The notes beneath the pieces are model-generated. The model was not told the origin of the DNA, searched no databases, and worked only from the letters and a program-made list of their open reading frames with translations. Made by a program: the position numbers and the translations under genes. From Octopus bimaculoides (lineage: Eukaryota): 57,294 nucleotides of DNA. The number at the start of each line of letters is the position of its first letter. The stretch's first letter is position 1. The stretch is from assembly GCF_001194135.2 (NCBI RefSeq), contig NC_068982.1, positions 151,345,501-151,402,794 of the forward strand, read 5' to 3'. Of the stretch, positions 24,260 through 38,327 are shown in pieces.

Positions 24260-24720
24260 TTGGAGGAGGGGAGTATCTTTCCTTTCTATTATAGGCACAC
24301 TATATGTTTTCGTGACCATATGTACTGTGATAGCGTTGTGTCATTCCGTCTATTTGACTTGTGGAATAGATCTGTGTGTTTTTACAATATAAATTTTCAA
24401 ATCTATTGTGCATGTATTCAGATTGGGGCAATTGCATATAAGTTGTGAGTTATTTTCGTGTAGAAAGATTTCCATTGCTAATGCTTGGTAATATATGTTG
24501 GAAGTTGTTAGTGGTAGAGTAAGCAAATTTAACAATTTTTCTGTTAAGTTTAAAGTATTTATGAGTGAATGGAAATGTTTATGTGGGAGGTTTATAGTTA
24601 TTTTAGATAATGGAGTAGTTACTTGTCTTCAAATTGTGGGTATAATATCAATTAGTGGAAAATCTTTGCATTTACTATATTACATATGTGAATTCCTCTC
24701 GATGTATCCTTTTTTGAACA
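24260..24720 (-). mobile_element. Penelope-like element remnant (RT-endonuclease linker and GIY-YIG region)
   Basis: FPFTHKYFKLNRKIVKFAYSTTNNFQHIL and NRRNDTTLSQYIWS resemble the Penelope motifs HKIFNRNTVKVSYS and NSTTLSKYIW. Confidence 0.72.
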
Positions 24721-26099
24721 GACGCACTTGCGTATGTATGTATATAAATATACCTACATAAATACATATATATCTATTTAGTGTGTATATGCATATTTAT
24801 ATACATACATACGCAAGTGCACACATACACACACACACATACACATACACACTCAGATACACACATGTGTACATTTACATGCGACCGGTATCTACAAATG
24901 GATGCTGGCCAGACTTGTTAATCAGGTGTCCACGGCTGTGTCAATATATATTTATATTATGGCGATGCTGTCATGCTTTTTGTTACTGTTCTTTCTTTCG
25001 TTACGTTAAACCTCTTCAGCGGAGTTATTAATGCTGTTGTTACTGATGCTGCTACAACATGTGAAATTAGGCTGAGCTACGTTGATACAGTAAATCAAAG
25101 TTATGTAAAGAGTAAGAATGTGTGATTGCAGTGTATTAAATCATCAGTAAAATTCAAGCTTTTAAAAGTGAGCATAATACCTATTACAGTAAAATGAATC
25201 CCGTTGGAAAGAAACTTAGAAACTCATGCTACGTGGCACTTTCGAGGCACTATTTATGTCTTCAGTAGGATATGATCTCACTAGCAACTATGTATATTAT
25301 TAAATCTGTAGCTACCATATAAATGTTAAATAGTGATAAATTCTTTTGTTATAAGTGTAAATGTCTTACGCATCCCGAAGAGAGTATGTGAAAATGTACT
25401 CTCCAGCATACATTTACATTTAGGAAACAGCATGTAAAGAATCAAAACTAAGAAAGTTGTTTAGTAAGGCGAATTTTTAAGACATTAGTTCATGAAGAGA
25501 AAATTGAATCAGATGGTTACCACACTATTCATGATGATAATGATACCAAAAATGAAACTCGCAGTTGCTATTGAAATAATATGATGCAGTCAGTAACGAA
25601 AATGATGATGAAAAGATTGAATTAGAGGTAGAGTGAAGAGGAAAACAAGATAAAATGAGTGAAAAATAAAATGATACTGATGCTGACATGAAAATGTTTT
25701 ATTAATGACTGTATGTAATTTCATAATGGTCTTAATTTTGTTTCTGTTTGGTTTACCTATCCCTTAAGTATTCTCTACCCCATATACTTCTGCTCTATAT
25801 CTTTTACACTCTACTCTGATTATGTGTTGGTATTATTAATTGAAGCACTTCAGGTAGCTATCAGAAAGCAGTGATGGGCAACAGTACACAATAATGTGTT
25901 AGTCCAGTGCATGAAGGCTTATGCTTTTGCTATTCAGCGTAAGAAGTAATCTGGTCGCTGAGGATTGTCTATCTAGATGCCGGTCTGTGTGTTTTTCTGT
26001 CTCTCTGCCTGTCCACCTGTCTGTCTGCCTATCTGTCTGTCTGCCTACCTACCTGCCTGTTTGTCTACCTGTCTGTGTTATGTTTTTGTGTTTCGCAGT

Positions 26100-26900
26100 A
26101 AATTTCTACTTCTGATAAACTGTTGATATCGCTGCTTCTAGAATTTGTTGCTCTTGCTTGTGCTGCTACAATTGGTGCTGCACTGCTACTGCTGCATATA
26201 TTTACTGCTGCTGATATTGCTGCCCTTGTTATTAAGTATGAAACCTTTGTTATTATTTCTTCTGCAACTGCTTTTCTTTCGTAGAACTTTTTTACTGATG
26301 GCTACTGGTTCTTCTTACTGCTGGACTTGGTTCTTACCGCTGCTCATTTCTTCTTCCTGCCTCTATTGTTGTTGCTGTTTTGTCGTTTACTTCTAACATC
26401 TACAGCTGCCGGCATTGTTAATTAATTCATTGTAAATTTTTACAATTTTCCTTTTTCTTTCTATTATTTGTTGCCCTGTATTCTCTAGTTTGCGGTTAGA
26501 ACGTTACTAGATGTCTTGGAAATTGCAATTACTGCTTCTATTATCCATACTGGAGGTGCGCATCCTGTTTCCAATATTATTGCTGGTATTGTTTTTATTA
26601 TTATCGTTGCTCCTGCTGTCGCTGATACTGCTACTCTTTTCTAACTCATCTTGGACTCTATGTTATTGGAACTATACCTTTAGCATTTGTTAATGCTACA
26701 CAAATTGCTATTTCTACAGCATTTCTTAGAACTACTGCAGTTATACGATTGTGGCTGTGGCTTTTATTGGTAATATAATCACAGCTATCACTGCTGTTGT
26801 AGTAATCAGTGTTGTTGCAGTTGCTATTGCGACTGATACTACTGCAGTATTTCTGCTGCTTCATTTACTGTTGCAGTTGTTATAATTATTTTGTCTAGAT
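26100..26900. repeat. Decayed trinucleotide low-complexity tract (CTG/TTG/ATT)
   Basis: Degenerate triplet periodicity that generates the Leu/Cys-rich pseudo-ORFs. Confidence 0.8.
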
Positions 26901-26993
26901 AAGCTCTGATTGAGCAGATCTATAACCGAAGATATTCCAGGCGTGATATAACAGCATATAATAAAGATAATATAAACTTGTACCCATTCCTTT

Positions 26994-27032
<39 letters not shown>

Positions 27033-27501
27033 GTGTACGTGTATATGTATATTGGGAAGCAGTCAGTCTTATCGTTAAAGGTGCAAAACTGAATATTACC
27101 AATTAGTCGATAACTGATGAAGAACTACGGACCTTCTGTTTGTCTCCCGTTCTTTTTTACATTCAGTATGTTATGTCGATTATTTATAAATTTTTCATTT
27201 ATATATANNNNNNNNNNNNNNNNNNNNNNNNNNNNNNNNNNNNNNNNNNNNNNNNNNNNNNNNNNNNNNNNNNNNNNNNNNNNNNNNNNNNNNNNNNNNN
27301 NNNNNNNNNNNNNNNNNNNNNNNNNNNNNNNNNNNNNNNNNNNNNNNNNNNNNNNNNNNNNNNNNNNNNNNNNNNNNNNNNNNNNNNNNNNNNNNNNNNN
27401 NNNNNNNNNNNNNNNNNNNNNNNNNNNNNNNNNNNNNNNNNNNNNNNNNNNNNNNNNNNNNNNNNNNNNNNNNNNNNNNNNNNNNNNNNNNNNNNNNNNN
27501 N

Positions 27502-27535
<34 letters not shown>

Positions 27536-27611
27536 TGTATATATATATATAAACATATATATGAATATATATATGTATATACATATATATATATATATAT
27601 CATACATACAT

Positions 27612-27645
<34 letters not shown>

Positions 27646-28307
27646 GTGCATATATATGTGTGTGTGTATGTGTGTGTGTTTGTATGTATGTATGTATGTA
27701 TGTATGTATGTATGTATGCATGTATGTATGTGTGTGTGTAATGTATTCATCTTTTGAAATCATTCGGTATGACTACTTTGTATAGCCGGTCCACCGGCCA
27801 CACATGGCTTCGCTGTCTGGTTTCTGTTGCTACTATTGTTGTTGAAGGTGATGATGCTGCAGGTCATATTGTTGCAAATAATCTAATTACTGAGTCTGTC
27901 CTTGATGTTGCTTGTATACTATAGCTATCAAGAAACACTACTTGATATCGAAATTGCTGTGATTGATTTTATCGTTCTTCGGTTTTTAACATTGTTTTAC
28001 ATAAAAATTGATGTAGTGACTGTACTGTCTTAGTTACTGTTACTGCTATTTAAGTGCTTCTGTGAAACGATCACATCTTGCATTATTTTCTTCTCATGTT
28101 TCACTTACTATTCGTCCTGCATGCAAAAAATTGGATATTCATCCCACTACTGATTGAAAACCACATCATGTGAGGCATGTATTTCTATGATGTATGTCCG
28201 TGTGTATGTTAGAAATATTATGTGTGTGCGTATGTATGTGGGTGTGTGTGTGCGTATGTGTGTGCGTGTGTGCAGAATGTTGAAAAGTGACACACGAGTA
28301 GATATGT

Positions 28308-28520
28308 ATAAGGAAAATAAGACAAGATATAAAATGCTTAAATAATTTTATCATGAAATACATAAAAATTATTTTAGCATTTTCTACCTTGTCTTATTCT
28401 CCTTATATACATTTAATATATATATATATAAGGAAAATAAGACAAGATATAAAATGCTTAAATAATTTTATCATGAAATACAAAAAAATTATTTTAGCAT
28501 TTTCTACCTTGTCTTATTCT
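28308..28520. repeat. Tandem pair of ~99-bp self-palindromic units (28308-28406; 28428-28520, cut by a gap)
   Basis: Each unit is ATAAGGAAAATAAGACAAG...CTTGTCTTATTCTCCTTAT. One arm recurs alone at ~53665-53712. Confidence 0.88.
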
Positions 28521-28898
28521 NNNNNNNNNNNNNNNNNNNNNNNNNNNNNNNNNNNNNNNNNNNNNNNNNNNNNNNNNNNNNNNNNNNNNNNNNNNNNNNN
28601 NNNNNNNNNNNNNNNNNNNNNNNNNNNNNNNNNNNNNNNNNNNNNNNNNNNNNNNNNNNNNNNNNNNNNNNNNNNNNNNNNNNNNNNNNNNNNNNNNNNN
28701 NNNNNNNNNNNNNNNNNNNNNNNNNNNNNNNNNNNNNNNNNNNNNNNNNNNNNNNNNNNNNNNNNNNNNNNNNNNNNNNNNNNNNNNNNNNNNNNNNNNN
28801 NNNNNNNNNNNNNNNNNNNNNNNNNNNNNNNNNNNNNNNNNNNNNNNNNNNNNNNNNNNNNNNNNNNNNNNNNNNNNNNNNNNNNNNNNNNNNNNNNN

Positions 28899-28931
<33 letters not shown>

Positions 28932-29457
28932 TTATATATTGAAAAAAGAAAAATAATGACTTCACTGGTAGTTCTAATCAGATTAATTTATTATTTAAAA
29001 ATGTTTTTAGTAATATAAATTTTACACTTTAGTACGTAGATCTAGTAAGTTCTTTGTTAACTTGGGTGGGGAGATTTAGAAAAAATCCTCGTTACCTTTT
29101 CCGGAGAACTTTCTCGCATTCATTTTGTTTGGGATCGGGTTGGGGTTTGTAAACAGTGTGGGAGTGAAAGGGTGCTGATGTATAAGAGCTGAAAGGAAAT
29201 AGTACACAATTTGGGTGTGGAGTTGGGAGGTGGTGCGGTGTTAAAGGAGTGTTGTATGAAGCCATTTGAATAGTTGACCTTTGGTGAGTGTAATTTTCTA
29301 TGTGTGTGTGTGTCTGGGGTTGTAGCGTTAATGAAGTGTAAGATAAAAATGTTTGTTGATAGAGATGTTTTTTATATATTGGTTTGTGAGGGGAGGGGAA
29401 TCATACTCGCTCAAATATTTACTTCCCTACATATAATAGACAAAGAGCATGTATACA

Positions 29458-29546
<89 letters not shown>

Positions 29547-30024
29547 NNNNNNNNNNNNNNNNNNNNNNNNNNNNNNNNNNNNNNNNNNNNNNNNNNNNNN
29601 NNNNNNNNNNNNNNNNNNNNNNNNNNNNNNNNNNNNNNNNNNNNNNNNNNNNNNNNNNNNNNNNNNNNNNNNNNNNNNNNNNNNNNNNNNNNNNNNNNNN
29701 NNNNNNNNNNNNNNNNNNNNNNNNNNNNNNNNNNNNNNNNNNNNNNNNNNNNNNNNNNNNNNNNNNNNNNNNNNNNNNNNNNNNNNNNNNNNNNNNNNNN
29801 NNNNNNNNNNNNNNNNNNNNNNNNNNNNNNNNNNNNNNNNNNNNNNNNNNNNNNNNNNNNNNNNNNNNNNNNNNNNNNNNNNNNNNNNNNNNNNNNNNNN
29901 NNNNNNNNNNNNNNNNNNNNNNNNNNNNNNNNNNNNNNNNNNNNNNNNNNNNNNNNNNNNNNNNNNNNNNNNNNNNNNNNNNNNNNNNNNNNNNNNNNNN
30001 NNNNNNNNNNNNNNNNNNNNNNNN

Positions 30025-30081
<57 letters not shown>

Positions 30082-30249
30082 ACGCACACACACACATATC
30101 TTCATCATCATCATCATCATTTAACATCCTCCTTCTATGCTGGAATGGGTTGGACGGCTTGACAAGAGCTGCGCAGGCAGGAGCCCGTACTATGCTTCTG
30201 TGTGTATGTATACCTATATATATATATCTTTATATATACCTAAGAAGCA

Positions 30250-32575
30250 ATGTTTCTTTAGAGGCGCCGCAGGACACATCATTTGAATCTCCTTCGACCC
30301 TTTGTCTTTATCATTATTCACAGTCAGTTATGCAGCAATTATCACAGTTTTCGGATTCCAAATTCTTACAATTTCAGATTTTAGGGATTGTATTTTAAAA
30401 AATGTTCTTCTTTCTTTACAATCCTGGATTCAGACGGACATGATAGATCAGTTAGTAAGCAAATTCGCTTTTCTCTGTGTATTATTATATCTGGTTTAGT
30501 ATTTTTCTATATACTTATCCGTTTGAATTGCAAAAATCCCATAACAATCTTGTATTTTTCCGACTCAAGCACTCTTTCAGCCCAATGGTTACACCAAATA
30601 TTCCTGCTTCAAACCCCATTTCTGACAAAGCGTCCATTGTAAAGTTTTTACAAGTTGGCCATGCCGCGATTTCTTATAGTCTCCATGAGCCAACATGGGA
30701 CATTCTGCAACAATGTGTCATTGTTTCACCCTAAATTCCATACACCCTACATTTTGCTTGCACTTTCTCCCCATACATATACTTTCTCAAATGATTCGTT
30801 TTTAACACTTGACCTTGAGCTGCTATAGTAAGGCTCTCTGTTTCTTTCTTCAATTGCTCTTTTTTTCAACCAAGCTCAGGTTTTTGTTCCACATACCTCC
30901 ACCGTGCTTTTCCAAACCTGACCATGCAAAGCTTCCTCATCAATCTGTTTAATATGCTCTCGTTGAATTTCATTCTTGTCCTTTTCTCCTATTCTAAACT
31001 TGTTCACCTTTTCCTATATTCACTGCTTTTAATAATTTCTCTGTGCCATTCTGTAAATATTCTAGTGGGCTTTTTCTTTCCAACTATGCATACTCAACAA
31101 CCATTAATCCTTTTCCACCCTAGTCTCTCTTCTAGTACAACCGGTTTATCAACTTTCGGATGATGGGCTCCATACATATCTAACAGCATCTATGTTTTTC
31201 TGTGAAGTTTCTGTATGTCATTTTTTGTCCAATCTACTGTTCTAGCTCCATTTCTGGTAATCGGTACTACTCTCGCATTTATTGCTTCAATAACATTTAA
31301 AAAATTCGATTTTGTAATATTTTTTTCACTCTGCTCGTATACCTGCTAATTGTGACTTGCTTCACCTCTTCATGATTTATTTCATTTTCTCCCAGTGTTC
31401 CTAAACATTTATACCACTATTCTTTCTTAACTACTTTTATTGTTTGCCCATTTGGTATTTCAATTCGCTGGCTTCCTTCAGACCTTCCTTAGCGCACATT
31501 TGAACCCCGAATTCGATACCTACATCATTTGAGAAAATGCGAACAGTATGTACAAGACTTTCAAGCTGCTTCTCATTTTTTGCATAAAGCATCATATCAT
31601 TTATAAAAAGGAAATAATTTATCTGACCATACCCTTTTCCCAAATCATAAGCTATTTTAACTGCTCGTAGTATAAAACTGAGCAGTATCATGGCCAATAC
31701 AAATAATCCTTTCTATTATAGGCACAAGGCCTGAAATTTGGGTGAGGGAGATGGTTGATTACATCGACCCCTGTACTCAACTGGTACTTAATTTATCGAC
31801 CCCAAAAGGATGAAAGGCAAAGTCGACCTCGGTGGAATTTGAACTCAAAACGTAGCGACGGGCGAAATACTGCTAAGCATTTCGTTCTGGGCGGTAATAA
31901 TTCAGCCAGCTCGCTGCTTTGGCCAATATAAATAATAATGGAGATAAGGTATCACCTTGAGATGTACCACGTCTAATGTTCACTTTCCCAAGTCATTGTT
32001 TTCCTCTAATCAATTCAATATTCCAATGTTTCATACTTTCAGCGACCATTTTCTCCATATTTTTTGCAACTCCAAATATACTCATTTTTTTATTTATCCA
32101 ATTTCCCAGTACCGATAATGTTACATTCGATACCTTCAATCTATGACTACAATTTCTAAATATCATGGTTTCAACTAATAATAGGGCTTTAGTTGACCTA
32201 CTTTGCTTTCTGCATCCTTTCTGTCCTTCTGGAAGTAAATTGTTACTTTGCAGATGATTGTGTATCTTTTTCGCCAAGACATTGGTCATAAGCTTTCACA
32301 TAAGTGGTAAACAAGTTATACGACGAAAATCGGAAGCCAACTCACTTTCCAAGGAGTGTTTGGGACATGACAACGTTTGTCCACTTGTTATCAAGGAAGG
32401 GACGTGTCTCTGCTGCAGGCATTCACCAAGGTGTGCAGCGAGCTTTTCATGTAACTGTGTAAAATTATTCAATCAATAAACTCCTACTCCATTCAGACAT
32501 GTTCCTTTCCACTTTGCTATTTGTTAATCTTCAGTCTCACTGAATATACAACTCTATTCTGACGTCCTTTTGCCT
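30250..32575 (-). mobile_element. R4/Dong-clade LINE (RT, zinc knuckle and RLE), interrupted by a SINE
   Basis: LLPEGQKGCRKQSRSTK; INYFLFINDMMLYAKNEKQLESLVHTVRIFSNDVGIEFG; MTHCCRMSHVGSWRL*EIAAW (shifted HIVAECPKLAQ..YK.RHD knuckle); IQTDKYIEK (RLE region). Confidence 0.85.
31708..31919 (-). mobile_element. tRNA-derived SINE, full length, with TSD
   Basis: Same family as 51335-51570. TSD TGGCCAATA(C/T)AAATAAT at 31691-31707 and 31920-31936. Confidence 0.9.
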
Positions 32576-32621
<46 letters not shown>

Positions 32622-32684
32622 NNNNNNNNNNTTAGTATTATCATTATTATTATTATCATTATTATTATTATCATTATTATTTAG

Positions 32685-33268
32685 GAGCTGGCAGAATCGT
32701 TAGCACACCGGACAACATGCTTAGCAGCATTTCGTCCCTCCTTGCGTTTGAGTTCAAATTCTCATATGAAGTTAAACAGCGCATGACCTCACAGGTGGAC
32801 CCAGTGGAATATGGTTCGTTGAAGGATGATGAACGAAACACCGTGTTTCCAGAGTGGATTTATTCAACCCCACAAAAATACTTCTCAACGCATAGCTATA
32901 ATGCTCCCTCACAACTCCTGCACGTGATCAGAGATTCATATATCATCAGCCATTAAGAGACATGCTCAACTTGTTAAGGTGAAGCAGCTGGCAAGCAAAT
33001 CTGTAGTATTGAGCAGAATATTTGCTGTAGCCCAACTTTTACACTAAGACAAAATATGTACGTGATAATACTTCCAATCAGTTAAAGTCAGAAGCCATGA
33101 GAGGCAGTGGCTGGTACTGCATCTGGGCATAGTTCAAATTCCGCCGAGGTAGACTTTGACTTTCATCCTTTCGAGGTCAGTAAAATAAGTACTAGTCGTA
33201 CACTAGGGTCCATATAATCGTCTATCCCTTCCCCCAAAGTTTCAGGCTTTGTGTCTATAGTCGAAAAG

Positions 33269-33270
<2 letters not shown>
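32685..33270 (+). mobile_element. Same SINE family, split by an insertion at 32762-33130
   Basis: 5' half at 32685-32761, 3' half at 33131-33270, with an (ATT)n tail. AGTTCAAATTC is duplicated at 32751-32761 and 33131-33141. Confidence 0.85.
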
Positions 33271-33334
<64 letters not shown>

Positions 33335-33888
33335 GAGTGAGAGGGCAGTGCATGCCATCAAAGTGACACTGGGGTAAAATATAAGAAACCCAGTATATCC
33401 GTCATGACTACTCGTCTGATAACGGTACACCAGGCACATGCATTACAACCAAATGGACGCAACATGGCGATCTCATATCAAGATAAACAAGGCATGATAT
33501 TGCAGGGGGTGGGGGCAGTTAGAATTTTTTTCAGCTCGAGTAGCCCGTCCAGCTCAAATTTTTCTTGAATAAGGGTTGTTTAATGATGCTGAACGAGACA
33601 TATTTCCGAGGGTGAATTATTCAAACTCCAAAGAATTCCTCTCAACACATGGCTATGATGCTCTCCCACTACCTCTGCTCGTGATCAGAGATGCACATAT
33701 TGTCAGCCACCAAACGATATGCTCAACTAGTTAAGGTCAAACAACTGACAAGCAAATCTGTGGTATTGAGCAGAATATTTTCTGTAGCCCATCTTTTATA
33801 CCAAGACAAAACAATGTACATGATAATACTTCCAATCAGTTAAAATCAGATGCCATGAGAGGCAGTGCCTGGTACTGCATCTGGGCAT
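33335..33888. mobile_element. ~550-bp non-coding interspersed repeat; truncated second copy at 32762-33130
   Basis: The right ~300 bp aligns with 32850-33130, ending in GGTACTGCATCTGGGCAT. Flanked by (ATT)n on both sides. No ORF. Orientation undetermined. Confidence 0.8.
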
Positions 33889-33911
33889 TTATTATTATTA
33901 TTATTATTATT

Positions 33912-34510
33912 GGCTAAAGAACCTGGCATGTATGGGGCTCTGATCGATTTAGGTCATTCCAAAACTTTCGATAGAGTCGACCATCTGTACCTGGCGGTGG
34001 TCCTGAAGACAGCCGGTTTCAGTCCTGTATCAGGAGATGGACCGTTGCAGTGCAATGTACAACGACATCTGTTCAGTGGTCACCGTTCAATATCATGCGC
34101 TTGGTCCGCAAAAGTTTCCCCTTCTCATCCCTGTCGTACGTACTGACTCTTGAAACATTACTACATAAACTGGAGACATTGAGGGGCATTCCACATGATC
34201 TAGGATGAGGGAGATAAATGTCGGCATATATCAATGACGTCACCGTTGTGGTGTCGAAAAGTAAACAAATTGAGATAATCGGCACCGCTCTCAAGGACTA
34301 TGAGGCGGTATCAGGAGCGAAAATTAATCAGAGAAGCCAATGGTGTTGTGGCTTGGTACGCAGGGAAGGTAATCTACGCCGTCCAACTGTGTTGTTGGGC
34401 GCTGGACGGACGGAACTGATGAAATTACTCGGGGTCTGGTTCGATCAGTACCTCTAGATGGACAAAAACTGGGACGGGGAAACGAGCTTGGTAACTACAT
34501 TCAACCAGAA
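33912..34510 (+). mobile_element. L1/Tx1-clade RT fragment
   Basis: GALIDLGHSKTFDRVDHLYLAVVLKTAGF; SAYINDVTVVVS..LKDYEAVSGAKIN; KLLGVWF. Confidence 0.85.
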
Positions 34511-34859
34511 ATGGGTGATTTTTCCTCAATTTCAGTCACCAAAACAAATTAAACTACCACCACCTCTACCACTCACACTGGCATGATTGAAGAAGAAAAC
34601 GTATTTTGCACCGCCATCACTACCATCCCCATCAACAGCAACATCGCAATCAGTGACTAATACAGCAGTGCAGCAGAAAAATCATTTACAAGTCAGCAGT
34701 TGAAACAGCAGAACCGGTTGCTTTCAGGATATCTACCATATAGCATCGGTCTTATGGATGAAATGCACGACGTAACAATTGTTGTGCAGAGATCCGTTCG
34801 GGATCGTCTTGCACAAACTTTTATTAACATCTCGACCGAAATCTTAAACTCTGCATGCA

Positions 34860-35900
34860 GCAAAGATGCGGGTCGGAAATTTTCGTCCTACTCTTGTTGA
34901 TGTTGTTTCTCTAATACTCCATCGACTTCAACATGGTGAACGGCCAATTCTCAGAACCGTTTCCTATTGCACGCTCGATCTGTTAGAGATGACTTCTCTC
35001 ATTTTTAGATTTTTTTTTTATGTGCTGGTTCCCGAGCTATTGCTGCAGAAGCTGGAACTGTAGAGGGCATTCTTTCAGAACTAGAACGTAAAAGAATCGA
35101 GTTCGGTACGCAGATGACATCACTTTGATGATGCTGGATGGGAACCTAGGACAGGGAGGTTGGCAGTAACATTTTCAAGGATTACGAGGCAATGCCAAAA
35201 GGAAGTATTACTGGAGCAAGTGAGTGTGCTTGTAGTATGGCACTCAGAGAAGCTACCGCATCTCATCGGTTACTATCGCGAATGTTGTCAATGCTCACCG
35301 ACTTCGGCAGAAGCTCCTCGTTAACGATCTAAATTTGCGATATTGACATTTACGGGGAGGTTCTGGGTATCGATGAGCATGACTGGTCTACTTCTGAGGA
35401 CTTATGGACCGTCGTCTATGTATAATTTCCAGAAATCTATACCTTGCAGTTATACTGAGGATTCGTCAGACAAGCCAGTCCAAAGTAGGTGTACAGTGAC
35501 GAAACCGCTTCTGCACACATTTGTTTAGTGATCAGGCATTACTGACATGTAGAATTATGTCGAATGGCTGTAGTCGCTGTAGGACAGATCCGGTTACTAA
35601 CGAAGACTATTATTACCTTGCCGCTCTCCTTTAACCGGGAGAGGCAGGAATTTCTTTTCCTTTTGAATTGTGGCTATGGCAACAATGATTGGGCGGACTA
35701 GGTGGAAAAGAATTGAAGACAAACGCTTCTCATCATTCAAGTCTCAATCAGATTTTTTGAAGATCCACTTGGAAAGGTGAGGGTGAAGTGGGAACTGTTC
35801 TCGTCCAGTAAATTTGTTATAATGTGGGTGACAGTGCCAAAAATGCCAATACTGAAAGGTTCTACATTAACCATGTGTCTGTAGGCCCGTGAATAAAAGT
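34860..35900 (+). mobile_element. Second, more decayed L1/Tx1 fragment
   Basis: NFRPTL; NMVNGQFSEPFPIARSI; YADDITLM; FKDYEA; MYNFQKS. Confidence 0.68.
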
Positions 35901-36099
35901 TAGGAGAAGGCATTTAATATGGAAGTCAGAGCGATTCTGAAACCGGAGATTTCCTAGTTTAGCTCTAGTTAGAGTATCTGTGGTATCATCACTATTTTTG
36001 AATATTGTATTTACATTTGATCTCAGTCGATGTTTTTCTCATTCAACTTTTGTGTAAACACGTAGAAAAATAGTGGATTGATTGATCAAATTGATAGAG

Positions 36100-36285
36100 C
36101 GTCGGACAATTGCTGTGCATCATTTTTTCCAGATCTTTACATTCTGAGTTCGAATCCTGCCGAAGTCAACTTTGAATTTCGCCTTTCCAGAGTTGGTAAA
36201 CAAAATACCAGTAAAGGTGAATTTAATCAACTAAACCATTCCCCTAAAATTTCACGTCTCATGACTCTTTTAGAAACAATTATTG
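36100..36285 (+). mobile_element. Decayed copy of the tRNA-derived SINE
   Basis: CTGAGTTCGAATCCTGCCGAAGTCAACTTTG.. aligns with the B-box and core of 51335-51570. Confidence 0.65.
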
Positions 36286-36625
36286 TCATTGTTGATGGTG
36301 GTGATAATATTATGGCGACTGTTGTCACGATTTCAAAGAGATAGTGTGCTATTAGGCAAGGTAATTTTAGTAGTTTGGTGGTGCAGACAGTAGTACTGCT
36401 AGGTCCTGATGGACAACTGCATTGAAGAGGGTTTGCTGCACCGTCAATAAACTATAGTAACAGTGCAGACCGCTGTCTATTATTAGCCCGGAAATGGACA
36501 CTGCATCATGAAGGGAGGAGGTAAAATAGAGGTGTGGGTTGAGTAATGATTAGAGAAGGGGAGAAAACTCAAGTTGAAAAGTGGACTGAAAAGTGAGCAA
36601 AGAAGGGGGAAATGCAGAGAGAAAG

Positions 36626-36687
<62 letters not shown>

Positions 36688-37575
36688 AGGAGAGAAAGAG
36701 AGAGAGAGTCAGTGGAATGAGGAAGGACGTAAAAAAGAAGCTTGTATTAGATAGTTAGATGTTTAGGCGAGTAGTGGCAGGATTAAAGAAAGGTGAAAAT
36801 CAACTGTAAAACACGCGGTGAATGATGAAAAATAAATGGAAAGGAGGTAAAGAATTAGAGTAAAATAGTGTCGAAGAGGGTGACAGAAAGAATGGTAGTG
36901 AATATCGATGAAGAAAAAGAGAGAGAGAGGGGGGGAGAGAAAGAAAGAAAGAAAGAAATAAAGAGAGAGGGGGAGAAAGAGAGAAAAAGAGAAAGAGAGA
37001 AAGTAATCAAGAAAATATGTTGATAAAAACACGAACGCGCGAAAAGGTGCTCGTTTTTTCTTCGCTTGGTCTGAGAAAAGAGCTATGCCTACAGCCTTTA
37101 CAGTTTGTCTGGACTTGTAAATGTTTGCTTTCAAGTTTTGAATATTTCAGAATACACGTGTACACACACACAAGCAACCCCCCACACTCACACATACAAA
37201 CATGCATACAAAACAAGAAATAATCTAGAATTCAAAAAACTTTATCTGATTGAGTGCAGGAATCTCTGTAGAAATATTATTTCAAAATAATCCATACTTC
37301 TCCGCTCTCCTCCACTCTCTCTCCCCTCATGCACAAACATGTATATGTATGTATATAGATAGGATACACACATTTATATAGAAAGAGAGAGATAGTGAAA
37401 GAGAGGTAGAGTGAAGAGAATAATAAATAAATTCAAAAAACATACTTTATCAGACTGAGTACAAGAATCTTTGTGAAAATATTATTTCAAATCAATCCGT
37501 ACTTTCTATCTTTCTTCCCGACTCTCTCTTGCCGCGCACGCACTCACATACACAAACATGGAAAGAGAGACAAAG

Positions 37576-37631
<56 letters not shown>

Positions 37632-37785
37632 ACAGAGATAAAGATAGAGAGAGAGAGAAAGTCTAAGTGTGAGAGAGGGCACGTGTGCAAATTGTGTACA
37701 TGCGTGAAAAAATGTGGGATTGACATAGAAAAGTAGGAATAAACAGTCAATGTGAAAGAAGAAATAAAGTTACAACGCAAGAAAT

Positions 37786-37842
<57 letters not shown>

Positions 37843-38089
37843 TGCAAAAGAGAAAGAAATGAAGAGAGAGAGAGGGGGGAAGGTGAAAAAAAGCGAGGTA
37901 CAGAGAGGAAGAGAGGCAGGAGATTGGGCGTGAGGGTGGAATTTGGAAAGGTCTTCAATGTATATAAGAAATTATTATGAATGTAAGACATTACTATTAT
38001 CTCTTTACACACCTTATGTAACCCCTCATTACTGTTTATGTCTTGAATTTTGTACTTCCTTTTTCCTTTGAGCCCTTCTGCCTAGTGAA

Positions 38090-38094
38090 AAAAT

Positions 38095-38126
<32 letters not shown>

Positions 38127-38278
38127 ATGCTTGGTAATAGTGTCAGATCAATACTATTGCTATTTATAGGTCTTCACAACAGCAGCACCATGAACGACAA
38201 CAGCGTTAATAGCAGTTATAATTAAAGCAATAGTAAAAACAACAGCAGCAGTAATAGAATAGCAGCAGCAGTAGTAAC

Positions 38279-38327
<49 letters not shown>

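Noticed and set aside
22350-24960. Cys-rich snippets (CTILYGESTSDLCNACNPG at ~22358-22412; TCDR..NGCWPD at ~24878-24915) suggesting EGF-like exons
   Set aside because: Poor acceptors, a frameshift needed in the second snippet, and no consistent cysteine spacing.
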